A stretch of 32,000 nucleotides of DNA from Raphidiopsis brookii D9 (lineage in GTDB: Bacteria > Cyanobacteriota > Cyanobacteriia > Cyanobacteriales > Nostocaceae): positions 240,001-272,000 of the forward strand of contig ACYB01000035.1 in NCBI GenBank assembly GCA_000175855.1, written 5' to 3'. Below, one piece after another: positions 1 through 9,587 of the stretch (positions are counted from its first letter, which is position 1; every line of letters starts with the position of its first letter). The notes beneath the pieces were generated by a model. It did not search any database and had not been told where the DNA came from. It saw only the letters and a list, made by a program, of their open reading frames with translations. A program made the translations under genes and the position numbers.

Positions 1-225
1 TCCAGGTGGCCAGGGCCATAATACTCACCAACTTCCGACGATTATATAACAAAGTTGCCAATAAGGGGGATTGTTCACAGAGGATGAAACAGCAGTTTTC
101 AGCTGATCCCCAGGGGAATTTTCCAGGTTACCCCGTGTTTTTGGTGGTTTGACAGGAGTGGAAATACTGACTAAAATCTCAGGCATGGAGCGATCGCTCT
201 TCTGTTTAGTCTAAACTCCAGCAAT

Positions 226-828
226 ATGAAATCAACTAATATTCACTATACAAAACATCTTATATCTCCATATGATCGTTATCTAAAGAATGGTCATAAA
301 AGCGGGATTCTATGGTTTACTGGACTGTCCGGGGCTGGTAAAACAACATTGGCTTTAAAATTAGAGCAGACTTTGTTCGAGAAAGGATGGTCTACCTTTG
401 TTTTAGATGGTGATAGTGTTCGTCATGGACTGTGTTCCGATTTAGGATTTTCTGCTAGTGATCGCTCAGAAAATATCCGTCGTTTGGGTGAGGTTGCCAA
501 ACTCTTTGCGGAGTCAGGATGCCTAGTGATCACTGCCTTCATCTCACCCTACAGGAATGACCGAGAACAGGTGCGTAGACTAGCTGGAGATCTATTTCAT
601 GAAGTATACATTGCAACTCCACTGGAACTTTGTGAGCAGCGTGATCCGAAAGGTCTTTATCTAAAAGCACGCAGTGGGGAAATAGATGGATTTACGGGAA
701 TCAGCGCCCCTTATGAACCACCCAATAGCCCAGATTTATGGGTGGAAACATCCGAACTCACCGTCGAGGAAAGCCTAGAACAACTACTCAAATACGTGGA
801 AAACAAATTCACAATTTTCAAACAATAG
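226..828 (+). CDS. sxtO: Adenylylsulfate (APS) kinase, PAPS supply
   Basis: Walker A GLSGAGKTTLA, DGDSVRHGL, SENIRRLGEVAKL and FISPYRNDR motifs typical of APS kinase; first gene of the O-P-Q-R-S-T-U run. Confidence 0.93.
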   Translation: MKSTNIHYTKHLISPYDRYLKNGHKSGILWFTGLSGAGKTTLALKLEQTLFEKGWSTFVLDGDSVRHGLCSDLGFSASDRSENIRRLGEVAKLFAESGCLVITAFISPYRNDREQVRRLAGDLFHEVYIATPLELCEQRDPKGLYLKARSGEIDGFTGISAPYEPPNSPDLWVETSELTVEESLEQLLKYVENKFTIFKQ

Positions 829-987
829 ATTATAGCTGATTTATAAAGAAAATCTAAATAGAACTCAATATGGCTTAACTTAGGTGATAGGCTAGGTCAA
901 AGATAGATATTTTGCGATCAATACCTTTCTTCATACACGATGGTGTATGGCTACAAACATTGTTAATACATTTGAACTATACAACTC

Positions 988-2214
988 GTGAAAAGGCTCA
1001 CTTTATTAATTATAGCGGGGATATTATCTGTTAGTACATTTTTATGTATAATTCCTGTTGCATTAGCAAATATAACTGACTATTATTTGAAGAATGAAAA
1101 GCTTTCTGGGCAATTTAGTGTTCCGGTTAATTTGTCCGTAGGAGTGAGATTTGCCCACAGGAGTAGTTATGCTACTGCTATTAACTTCCCAACTGGTCTT
1201 GATGCTGACTCTGTAGCAGTTGGGGATTTCAATAGCGATAGTAAGCTCGACCTGGCTGTTACAAATTGGTTCGACAATAACGTCTCGGTCTTACTGGGAA
1301 ATGGTAATGGGTCTTTTGGCGCAGCCACTAACTTTCCAGTCGGTACTAATCCCGTCTTTGTAGTGACTGGGGATGTAAATGGCGACAGCAAGCTTGACCT
1401 GGCTGTTGCAAATTTTAGTAGCAATAACGTCTCGGTCTTACTAGGAAATGGTAATGGGTCTTTTGGCGCAGCCACTAACTTTTCAGTTGGTACTAACCCT
1501 TATTCTGTAGCCATTGGAGATGTGAATAACGATAGTGAGCTTGACCTTGCTTTTACAAATTGGTTCGACAATAAGGTCTTGGTTTTACTGGGAAATGGTA
1601 ATGGGTCTTTTGGCGCAGCCAGCAGCTTCCCTGTGGATACTTATTCGATTTCCGTAGCGATTGCGGATTTTAATAGCGACAGTAAGCTCGACCTTGCTAT
1701 TACAAATTGGGTCAGCAATAACGTCTCGGTCTTACTGGGAAATGGTAATGGGTCTTTTGGCGCAGCCACTAACTTTCCAGTCGGTACTAATCCCATATTT
1801 GTAGCAACTGGGGATGTAAATGGCGACAGCAAGCTTGACCTGGCTGTTGCAAATACTAGCAGCAATAACGTCTCGGTCTTACTGGGAAATGGTAATGGGT
1901 CTTTTGGCGCAGCCACTAACTTTCCAGCCGGTACTAATCCCTACTCTGTAGCGATTAGAGATGTGAATGGCGACAGTAAACTTGACCTGGCTGTTACAAA
2001 TTATAGTAGCAATAACGTCTCGGTCTTACCAGGAAATGGTAATGGGTCTTTTGGCATAGCTACTAACTTTCCAGTCGGTACTAATCCTGAATCTATAGCA
2101 ATTGCGGATTTCAACGGCGACAGCAAGCTTGACCTCGCTGTCACAAATTCTGGCAACAACAACGTCTCGATCTTGTTGAATAATTTTCAGGGACTTCCAA
2201 AAAATAAGATATAG
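988..2214 (+). CDS. sxtP: FG-GAP/VCBS-type repeat protein with N-terminal signal/TM segment, proposed saxitoxin-binding SxtP
   Basis: GTG start (MKRLTLLIIAGILS). Repeated D-x-N-x-D-x-x-x-D-L...VSVLLGNGNGSFGAATNF units. Length 1227 bp and position between sxtO and sxtQ. Confidence 0.85.
   Translation: MKRLTLLIIAGILSVSTFLCIIPVALANITDYYLKNEKLSGQFSVPVNLSVGVRFAHRSSYATAINFPTGLDADSVAVGDFNSDSKLDLAVTNWFDNNVSVLLGNGNGSFGAATNFPVGTNPVFVVTGDVNGDSKLDLAVANFSSNNVSVLLGNGNGSFGAATNFSVGTNPYSVAIGDVNNDSELDLAFTNWFDNKVLVLLGNGNGSFGAASSFPVDTYSISVAIADFNSDSKLDLAITNWVSNNVSVLLGNGNGSFGAATNFPVGTNPIFVATGDVNGDSKLDLAVANTSSNNVSVLLGNGNGSFGAATNFPAGTNPYSVAIRDVNGDSKLDLAVTNYSSNNVSVLPGNGNGSFGIATNFPVGTNPESIAIADFNGDSKLDLAVTNSGNNNVSILLNNFQGLPKNKI
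1280..2200 (+). repeat. Tandem DNA repeat, 147-nt period, within sxtP
   Basis: Core AATGGTAATGGGTCTTTTGGC starts at 1300, 1447, 1594, 1741, 1888 and 2035, always 147 nt apart; degenerate units flank these. Confidence 0.95.
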
Positions 2215-2326
2215 AATGACCTGCCACATAGTAATGATAATAATTATGTGTAGGGGGTTGAAGTCCCATCCATCAGGTGTCACTTCCATCGTTTTTGTAT
2301 AAATAAGCTCACTTTTCAACTCAGCT

Positions 2327-3103
2327 ATGGTAATCAAGAATTTATGTCCTGACGGAGTTACACCAATCTGGAACAAAAGCCAGATGGAATCCTCTCTTCT
2401 AGAGGAGTGCCTTCCTGCTTGGGTACGCACTAGCTACTCAACATTTGTTGAAACAATCAGCGATTCTGCCTTCCCTTGCTTCTGGGGAACTATCGGGGAA
2501 CAGAAGGGAATGATTCGATACCTGATAGTCTCATCTTTAACTGACCCGATCTTGGTTGAGCATACGCTTGAGGGTATCTACAAATACATTGATGAAGTTA
2601 ATGAAAACGAATTGCTTCAGCACGAAAATGCGGATCTTCTGACACTTGTCATCTTTTTCCCACCTGAACCAACAGTTCTTACAGTAGAGGAATATGCAGG
2701 TCAAGCATTTGATTTTTTGAATGCGTTACATAGCCTTGATGCGGTGTCTTGTCCCTGCCATTGGTCTGCCGATCCGCAGTCTGCTAACTGGTCTTATTCT
2801 CTAGGAGGGTGTGCCTTATTTGTTAGTGTTTCCACTCCAGCAAATCAAAAGCGGCGATCGCGCCACCTTGGGTCAGGAATGACTTTTGTCATCACACCAG
2901 TTGAAGTCCTCTTGAATAAACATGGTGGCGAGAATTCGAGCATTTTTCGCCGCGTCCGAGAGTACGACGGCATTCCACCTCACCCTAACTTATTAATTAT
3001 GCCTGGGAATGGGAAAGTCGGTAATGAATTGACAGTGCAAGTACTTCCAGATAATAACGATAGTGAGATCTCATTTGACTTCCAGTATAAATTTAAGGAT
3101 TAG
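2327..3103 (+). CDS. sxtQ: SxtQ, unknown function
   Basis: 258-aa ORF, ATG start, between sxtP and sxtR. Confidence 0.82.
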   Translation: MVIKNLCPDGVTPIWNKSQMESSLLEECLPAWVRTSYSTFVETISDSAFPCFWGTIGEQKGMIRYLIVSSLTDPILVEHTLEGIYKYIDEVNENELLQHENADLLTLVIFFPPEPTVLTVEEYAGQAFDFLNALHSLDAVSCPCHWSADPQSANWSYSLGGCALFVSVSTPANQKRRSRHLGSGMTFVITPVEVLLNKHGGENSSIFRRVREYDGIPPHPNLLIMPGNGKVGNELTVQVLPDNNDSEISFDFQYKFKD

Positions 3104-3113
3104 CCAATAACCA

Positions 3114-3890
3114 ATGACCATTCAAATTGTACAGCATAATTTAGAGTATAGCTTTGTAACCCCAAAAGAAACTTCTGATTTTGTGGAAAGGACGATGAGT
3201 GTCTTTGATCAAGCATACCCAAAATTTTTGATACATGATGTCTGGGCAGATCCAGCTTCCTTAGCTCTATTTGAAATTTATCCAGAATTCCAGTTTGGGT
3301 TAGTAGAAGCTACCACACAGCTTATGATAGCGCAAGGAAACTGTATCCCTTTAACTTATGAAAGCCGTTTTGATGAGTTACCGGACGAAGGTTGTGACTG
3401 GGCTTTAGCCAAGTGGCTTGAAGACCGAGAACAGAACCGCCTGCCTAATGCGTTATGTGTAGTATCGATTTCAATCCTACCAGAGTATCAAGGCAAAAAC
3501 TTGAGTCAGTATCTGATTGGATACATGAAAGAACTTGCTCAATACCACGGTCTTAATTCTTTGATCATGGCTGCACGTCCAAGCCTAAAATATCTTTACC
3601 CACTTATACCCATAGAGCGGTATATTACCTGGCGAGATAAAAATGGTCTTATATTTGACCCTTGGTTACGAGTTAATGTCAAACATGGGGCTAAAATTGC
3701 AGGGATCTGTTTTAAATCCACAACAATTAATGATACTATTGACGGTTGGGAAGATAGAGTTGGGATGCGTTTTCCAGAAACTGGTGACTATATTATTCCC
3801 AAAGGCTTAGTACCTGTCAAAATTGACTATCCCAACAATATGGGAATATACATCGAGCCTAATATATGGTTATACTATGACCTAGATTAA
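3114..3890 (+). CDS. sxtR: Acyl-CoA N-acyltransferase (GNAT)-like protein SxtR
   Basis: 258-aa ORF with GNAT-like VVSISILPEYQGKNLSQYLIGYM; 10 nt after sxtQ. Confidence 0.85.
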   Translation: MTIQIVQHNLEYSFVTPKETSDFVERTMSVFDQAYPKFLIHDVWADPASLALFEIYPEFQFGLVEATTQLMIAQGNCIPLTYESRFDELPDEGCDWALAKWLEDREQNRLPNALCVVSISILPEYQGKNLSQYLIGYMKELAQYHGLNSLIMAARPSLKYLYPLIPIERYITWRDKNGLIFDPWLRVNVKHGAKIAGICFKSTTINDTIDGWEDRVGMRFPETGDYIIPKGLVPVKIDYPNNMGIYIEPNIWLYYDLD

Positions 3891-3929
3891 TATCCACTAA
3901 ATCCTTTGGATTGCAAGAGAATAAGAGAG

Positions 3930-4655
3930 ATGCTCACAGCGGAACAAAAACAAGCTTACACAAATGATGGTTATTTCACAGTTGAAGAAGCTGTACCAAA
4001 AGCGTTAATTGAAGAAATACGGCATGAAGTAGAACTTATTACCGAACAAAAACGTGGGGGAGTATTGGCGGGTGACTATGAGTGGTGGTCTGAGCATACT
4101 ATCCCAGATCCAGTTAGGTATCAAAAGATAATTCAGAGGCTTTTAGAGCTTCCAACTGTGATGGAACCAGTACAGGCTCTAATTGGGTCTGATATCTTCC
4201 TATTGATCACCGATCTAGCCATAATTCGTGCAGGTACAGGATACATTGCTTGGCATCAAGACCATGGATATGTAGTTGAAGTATTGAACGCACTTGCATC
4301 CATGTCAAAAAACGAGTTAAATGACGACGAGCTTCGGTTGTTGGTTCCAGTAGCCAATCAAGCCATGGTATTCATAACTATATACTTACAGGATACAGAT
4401 AATACTATGGGTACAATGCGAGTTATACCAAGTAGCCACCAATGGGAACACTCATTAGATTCATCTTCTGCCAATTCACTAAATGCAGAAATATGTCTTT
4501 CACTTCCAGGAGGGGCAGCAATGTTTTATACACCAACTGTATGGCATACCGCAGCTGCCAACACTTCAATTACCGATTACAGGATGCTAACTCTGATTTT
4601 TACAAAAAACAACATCAAACCACTGTTGGTGGATGCCTTGAAAAGGATAATTTAG
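3930..4655 (+). CDS. sxtS: Phytanoyl-CoA dioxygenase family (Fe/2OG) protein SxtS
   Basis: The ORF track starts at a TTG at 3906. ATG at 3930 (MLTAEQKQAYTNDGYF) with purine-rich upstream sequence is the more likely start. WHQDHG iron-binding motif and distal H...R (PTVWHTAAANTSITDYR). Confidence 0.87.
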   Translation: MLTAEQKQAYTNDGYFTVEEAVPKALIEEIRHEVELITEQKRGGVLAGDYEWWSEHTIPDPVRYQKIIQRLLELPTVMEPVQALIGSDIFLLITDLAIIRAGTGYIAWHQDHGYVVEVLNALASMSKNELNDDELRLLVPVANQAMVFITIYLQDTDNTMGTMRVIPSSHQWEHSLDSSSANSLNAEICLSLPGGAAMFYTPTVWHTAAANTSITDYRMLTLIFTKNNIKPLLVDALKRII

Positions 4656-4732
4656 CGATCGCAGGCTCAAACACAAGCATAAACTTAAATTCTGACTTAC
4701 GCCTCGCTGGCTGGCAAAACTAGGAGACAATT

Positions 4733-5737
4733 ATGACAACTACCGACCCAATCTTAATCAATAACTGGCACGTAGTCGCCAATGTAGAAGACTGTAAACC
4801 TGGAAGTATCACCAGATCTCGTTTGTTGGGAGTGAAGTTGGTATTATGGCGCAGTTATGAACAAAATTCACCCATACAGGTATGGCTTGACTACTGCCCC
4901 CACCGAGGTGTTCCTCTGTCTATGGGAGAAATTACGAATAATACTTTAGTTTGTCCGTATCACGGATGGAGATACAATGAGGCTGGTAAATGCATACAGA
5001 TCCCAGCTCACCCTGGCATGGTACCACCGGCAAGTGCTGAAGCCAGGACATATCACTCCCAGGAGCGCTATGGCTTAGTGTGGGTGTGCTTGGGCGATCC
5101 TGTTAATGATATACCTTCATTTCCTGAATGGGATGATCCGAATTATCACAAGACTTATACCAAGTCTTACTTGATTAAAGCTAGTGCGTTTCGTGTGATG
5201 GATAATTCCTTAGACGTGTCTCATTTTCCTTTTATCCATGACGGTTGGTTAGGTGATCGCAATTATACAAAAGTGGAAGAATTTGAGGTGAAATTAGATA
5301 AAGATGGCCTTACTATGGGTAAGTATCAATTCCAGACATCAAGGATTGTCAGCCATATCGAAGATGACTCTTGGGTTAATTGGTTCAGGCTTAGTCATCC
5401 TTTATGTCAATACTGCGTTTCAGAATCCCCTGAAATGAGGATTGTGGATTTAATGACGATCACACCGATTGATGAGGAAAATAGTGTATTGCGTATGTTG
5501 ATAATGTGGAACGGGTATGAAATGTTAGAGTCAAAGATGCTAACTGAATATGACGAAACAATAGAACAAGATATTCGGATCTTACATGCACAACAGCCGG
5601 TACGTTTACCACTGTTAACTCCAAAGCAGATAAATACACAATTGTTTTCACACGAAATCCACGTACCATCAGATAGATGCACACTTGCCTATCGTCGATG
5701 GCTAAAGCAACTAGGTGTTACTTATGGGGTTTGTTAA
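4733..5737 (+). CDS. sxtT: Rieske non-heme iron oxygenase SxtT
   Basis: CPHRG...CPYHGW Rieske motifs (C55/H57, C74/H77), DVSHFPFIH mononuclear iron site; between sxtS and sxtU; Met255. Confidence 0.9.
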   Translation: MTTTDPILINNWHVVANVEDCKPGSITRSRLLGVKLVLWRSYEQNSPIQVWLDYCPHRGVPLSMGEITNNTLVCPYHGWRYNEAGKCIQIPAHPGMVPPASAEARTYHSQERYGLVWVCLGDPVNDIPSFPEWDDPNYHKTYTKSYLIKASAFRVMDNSLDVSHFPFIHDGWLGDRNYTKVEEFEVKLDKDGLTMGKYQFQTSRIVSHIEDDSWVNWFRLSHPLCQYCVSESPEMRIVDLMTITPIDEENSVLRMLIMWNGYEMLESKMLTEYDETIEQDIRILHAQQPVRLPLLTPKQINTQLFSHEIHVPSDRCTLAYRRWLKQLGVTYGVC

Positions 5738-5878
5738 TTTAAGTTGAATGGCACTAAAAAATAAAGTGATCACTAAGCACTTTATGCGTTCCTATATAAA
5801 ATCACCAAAGAACAAAATCAAGTACAAAACGCACTTATTACATATTGCACCAGCAAAACGAAAACTAAGGAGTGACTG

Positions 5879-6625
5879 ATGGCAGGTAAATTGGATGGAA
5901 AAGTGGCGATTATTACTGGAGCTTCCTCTGGGATTGGAGAGGCTACAGCATTTGCTTTAGCTGCGGAGGGAGCAAAAGTTGCGATCGCCGCAAGACGTGC
6001 TGAGCTTTTGCATGCACTAGCAAAACGGATTGAAGCCAGTGGTGGTCAAGCATTGCCTATTGTTACAGATATTACAGACGAATCTCAAGTAAATCATCTA
6101 GTCCAAAAGACCAAGGTTGAGCTAGGACATGTAGATATTTTGGTGAATAATGCAGGAATTGGTGTGTTTGGTGCAATTGATACTGGAAATCCCGCAGACT
6201 GGAGGCGAGCATTCGATGTGAATGTTCTGGGAGTTTTATATGCTATCCACGCAGTTTTGCCTCTTCTGAAGGCCCAAAAATCCGGTCATATAGTCAATAT
6301 ATCTTCTGTCGATGGCAGGATAGCGCAGTCCGGTGCGGTCGTTTATAGTGCTGCCAAATCAGGCGTCAATGCTCTTTCAGAAGCATTACGCCAGGAGGTA
6401 TCTTTAGACAACATTCGCGTTACCATCATTGAGCCAGGTTTAGTCGATACGCCATTTAATGACTTAATTTCTGACCCGATCACGAAACAGCTTAGTAAAG
6501 AACAACTTAGTACAATAACACCTTTACAAAGTGAGGATATTGCAAGAGCTATAATTTATGCAGTGACACAACCCGATCATGTAAATGTAAATGAAATTTT
6601 GATTCGACCGACTGCAGAAGATTAG
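5879..6625 (+). CDS. sxtU: Short-chain dehydrogenase/reductase SxtU
   Basis: TGASSGIG cofactor motif, NNAG, YSAAKSG catalytic motif; last gene of the + strand run. Confidence 0.9.
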   Translation: MAGKLDGKVAIITGASSGIGEATAFALAAEGAKVAIAARRAELLHALAKRIEASGGQALPIVTDITDESQVNHLVQKTKVELGHVDILVNNAGIGVFGAIDTGNPADWRRAFDVNVLGVLYAIHAVLPLLKAQKSGHIVNISSVDGRIAQSGAVVYSAAKSGVNALSEALRQEVSLDNIRVTIIEPGLVDTPFNDLISDPITKQLSKEQLSTITPLQSEDIARAIIYAVTQPDHVNVNEILIRPTAED

Positions 6626-6751
6626 CCCCATATTTGGAAAATTGGCAAAGGTATCATAATTAAAAGGAGTGTCAAGACCAAGGCAATTCAAGCCGTTCTT
6701 TAAGGGAGTTCCACTCCCTCTCTGTTACCCCAGGTTAGTTCCTGTCAATAG

Positions 6752-6879
6752 ACATACTCTCATAAAATCCACAATCAGCTATTGATTGAGCTAATTTATG
6801 GTTTGATAGCATCCCAGAGACGTTTAAATCTTCTACTACTATCTTGGCAAAGTCACTCATAGGTTTGTCTATTAAATTG
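6752..6879 (-). pseudogene. Remnant of an IS200/IS605/IS607-type TnpB (OrfB)
   Basis: Reverse strand reads D-N-L-I-D-K-P-M-S-D-F-A-K-I-V-V-E-D-L-N-V-S-G-M-L-S-N-H-K-L-A-Q-S-I-A-D-C-G-F-Y-E, matching the RuvC-like VVEDLNVxGM...NHKLAxSIAD..F segment of TnpB. Too short to be functional. Confidence 0.72.
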
Positions 6880-8307
6880 TCAACTTAGGACAAGCTCTTC
6901 ACCATCATCACTATTGGCAATCTTTTTGGCAATCTCTTGATAAAAACGAACCATTAAAATGACTCCGGACAGGAGTGGACTCAAAACCATACCTAACCAG
7001 ATACCCATACCGCCCCAACCTAAAATGGTTCCCATGTAATAGCTTACTGCCAAGCCAAGACCCCAGCTTACCAAATTCATTAACAATGGCATGAACGTAT
7101 CTTGTAACCCGATCAAAGCCCCAACAATAATTATTTGAATACTGTAAAAAAATTGGAATAATCCTGCCAAGACGAGAAAAGTAGTTGCTGTCTTAACTGC
7201 TTCCATACTCTCTGGATCGTTTATTTTTAAATAAAGTCCCGCAATCTGATATGGAAACAACCAAAAAATCAATGCCACAGCACTGGCATAAATGCCACCA
7301 ATCATAATCCCAATTAATGCTGCCCTTCTGGCACCCAAAGGGTTTTTTTCTCCCATAGTCTGACCTACTCTCGTGACGGTAACATTCCCGATTCCAAGAG
7401 GTATCACTATGGCCAGTTCTGCTGTTTGGATCGCGATCTCATGAGCTGCTAATGTTACTGTTCCCAAATACCCTGCTAGCCAAGCGCTGAGGCTCAATAC
7501 TGCTGATTCCACTCCCAGTAGAAAACCCATAGGCCATCCAGTTTGAAAAATTTCCACAACCGTCTGTCGATCAAACTGATGCAAGTAGCGGAAAAGTTGA
7601 TAATCTCTAACTTTTGGGGAGAAAATCAGCAAGACAACCCCCACCAGAAAACTAATCCAAAAAACCAAAGTACTTGCCCAACCTATTCCAGCTAAACCAA
7701 GTTCAGGAAGACCAAATTTACCGAACATTAATACATAATTAGCCGGGGCATTCAAGACCAGCCCTACTAGCATCGTGACAGTTACCAATTGGGGGACGTT
7801 CACAGCAGAGGCAATGCCTCTTAATATCTTAATGCCAAGTGCAGCCGGAAAACCCCACACAATTGAGTGTAAATAAGTTTTTGCCAGTAACACATTGCTT
7901 TGTTGTTGACCAAATAGTAGCAAGATAGTGTCACCATGCCAAAGCATAAACATTGCAGGTAGAGACAAGGCCGTTGCTAGCCATAAATTTCCAGAAGCAA
8001 TACGACATAATCGATCTATGTTGTTGGCCCCAAAAGCCTCGGCTGCTTGCGCTCCTCCTGCTAAAAGCGTACTAGAGCAGGTGAACAATAAAGTCAAAAA
8101 AGCGATCACACCTAAAGCACCACCAGCCAAAACTTGAGTACCAAGTAAGCCCATCATGACTACATCCACTGTATTGATACTCGTTTCGCATGTTTCGACA
8201 ACGACTAAGGGGATTGCTAATTGTAGGCTAACTCGTGCCTCCGATCTAAGCTCTGACTTATATCCTTTTGATGTTACTTCTGCTAATCCGTTTTGGGTGT
8301 TTATCAT
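6880..8307 (-). CDS. sxtM: MATE family efflux transporter, SxtM-type
   Basis: 475-aa multi-pass MATE protein, clearly paralogous to the ORF at 16680-18095 (shared CETxIxxxxxVMMGLLGTQVLAxGALG, AAHEIAIQTAELAIVIPLGIGNV). Confidence 0.85.
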   Translation of the reverse strand: MINTQNGLAEVTSKGYKSELRSEARVSLQLAIPLVVVETCETSINTVDVVMMGLLGTQVLAGGALGVIAFLTLLFTCSSTLLAGGAQAAEAFGANNIDRLCRIASGNLWLATALSLPAMFMLWHGDTILLLFGQQQSNVLLAKTYLHSIVWGFPAALGIKILRGIASAVNVPQLVTVTMLVGLVLNAPANYVLMFGKFGLPELGLAGIGWASTLVFWISFLVGVVLLIFSPKVRDYQLFRYLHQFDRQTVVEIFQTGWPMGFLLGVESAVLSLSAWLAGYLGTVTLAAHEIAIQTAELAIVIPLGIGNVTVTRVGQTMGEKNPLGARRAALIGIMIGGIYASAVALIFWLFPYQIAGLYLKINDPESMEAVKTATTFLVLAGLFQFFYSIQIIIVGALIGLQDTFMPLLMNLVSWGLGLAVSYYMGTILGWGGMGIWLGMVLSPLLSGVILMVRFYQEIAKKIANSDDGEELVLS

Positions 8308-8498
8308 ACCTCATATCTCAGCTTTAGAATTAGTACTATGTGTCTTACTTTTTTCGTATCCGGTGTTTCCATATCGTTCTACTGATATAGTCTTCACATT
8401 ATCTACTCAATCAGGAATATTTTAGTTACAGTTCTTTTCCCTTATCTTGTCTGGATCACAACCTAATTTCTGGAGATGTCTACTCTATGCAACTGAAA

Positions 8499-9503
8499 TT
8501 AACAAACACCATAAGTAACGCCTAGTTCCTTTAGCCATCGACGATAGGCAACTGTACATCGATCTGATGGCATATGGATTTCCTGTGGCAACGATTGCGT
8601 GTTTATCTGCTTTGGAGATAATAGTGGTAAACGCGTTAGTTGTTGGGCATGTAGGATCCGAATATCTTGTTCTATTGTTTGGTCATATTCGGCTAGTATC
8701 TTTGACTCTAACGTTTCATAACCATTCCACATTATCAAATAACGCAACACGCTACTGTCTTCATCAGTCGGTGTTACTACCATCAAATCCACCGTAGCAG
8801 TTTCGGAGGATTTCGTAACACAGTATTGACATAAAGGATGACTCATCCTGTACCAAGTAAACATTGAGTCATCTTTAGTAATATTGTTGAACTCTAATGC
8901 ATGTAATTGATACTTACCCATAGTAAGGCCATCTTTATTTACTTTCAGATCAAAGTCTTCGACTTCTGCTTGATTGCGATCGCCTAACGTCCCCTCGTGG
9001 ATAAAGGGAAAATGAGATACATCTATGGAATTCTCCATCACACGAAACGCACTAGATTTAATCAAGTAAGACTTCGTATAAGTCTTGTGATAATTCGGAT
9101 CATCCCATTCGGGTAATGAAGGTATATCATTAACGGGATTCCCTAAGCAAACCCACACTAAACCGTAGCGTTCCTGGCAATGATAGCTTTTGGCTATCGC
9201 ATTTGCTGGAGGTATCATGTCAGGGTGAGCTGGGATATGTACGCATTTACCAGCCTCATTGTATCTCCATCCGTGATACGGACAAACCAAAGTATTATTC
9301 GCAATTTCTCCCATCGACAGAGGAACACCTCGGTGGGGGCAGTAGTCAAGCCATACCTGTATGGGTGAATTCTGTTCGTAACTGCGCCATAGTACCAACT
9401 TTACTCCCAACAACGCAGCTGTGGTGATGCTTCCTGGTTTACAGTCTTCTACCTTTGCTACTACGTGCCAGTTGTTGATTAAGATTAGGTCAGCCGTTGT
9501 CAT
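8499..9503 (-). CDS. sxtDIOX: Third Rieske oxygenase, sxtDIOX/gxtA-like, candidate C11-hydroxylase
   Basis: Same length (334 aa) and architecture as sxtT and sxtH with CPHRG/CPYHGW motifs, but Tyr at residue 255; adjacent to a sulfotransferase gene. Confidence 0.78.
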   Translation of the reverse strand: MTTADLILINNWHVVAKVEDCKPGSITTAALLGVKLVLWRSYEQNSPIQVWLDYCPHRGVPLSMGEIANNTLVCPYHGWRYNEAGKCVHIPAHPDMIPPANAIAKSYHCQERYGLVWVCLGNPVNDIPSLPEWDDPNYHKTYTKSYLIKSSAFRVMENSIDVSHFPFIHEGTLGDRNQAEVEDFDLKVNKDGLTMGKYQLHALEFNNITKDDSMFTWYRMSHPLCQYCVTKSSETATVDLMVVTPTDEDSSVLRYLIMWNGYETLESKILAEYDQTIEQDIRILHAQQLTRLPLLSPKQINTQSLPQEIHMPSDRCTVAYRRWLKELGVTYGVC

Positions 9504-9587
9504 GATTGTCCTTCTTATTGTAAAAATAAAAGATTTTCCGCAGATTCTGATACTATCATAAGGGGAGAGTGAAAAGTTACATTCTAT

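Noticed and set aside
1167-1916. Antisense ORFs 1167..1475 and 1641..1916 with near-identical protein sequences (MAAPKDPLPFPSKTETLL...)
   Set aside because: They are antisense shadows of the sxtP tandem repeats; their similarity follows from the repeat structure.
1280-2200. Regularly spaced repeats as a possible CRISPR array
   Set aside because: The 147-nt period is in frame with a continuous ORF encoding FG-GAP-like units; no short repeats with unique spacers are present anywhere in the window.
2026-2430. Minus-strand ORF of 134 aa overlapping sxtP and sxtQ
   Set aside because: Overlaps two well-supported genes and has no recognisable motif.
5407-5684. Overlapping minus-strand ORFs inside sxtT
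   Set aside because: Shadow ORFs; analogous ones appear opposite the other Rieske copies (8567..8797, 9180..9427, 15144..15356).
6703-6718. Short hairpin GGGAGT-tcc-ACTCCC between sxtU and sxtM
   Set aside because: Short stem without a clear following T-run; not supported as a terminator.
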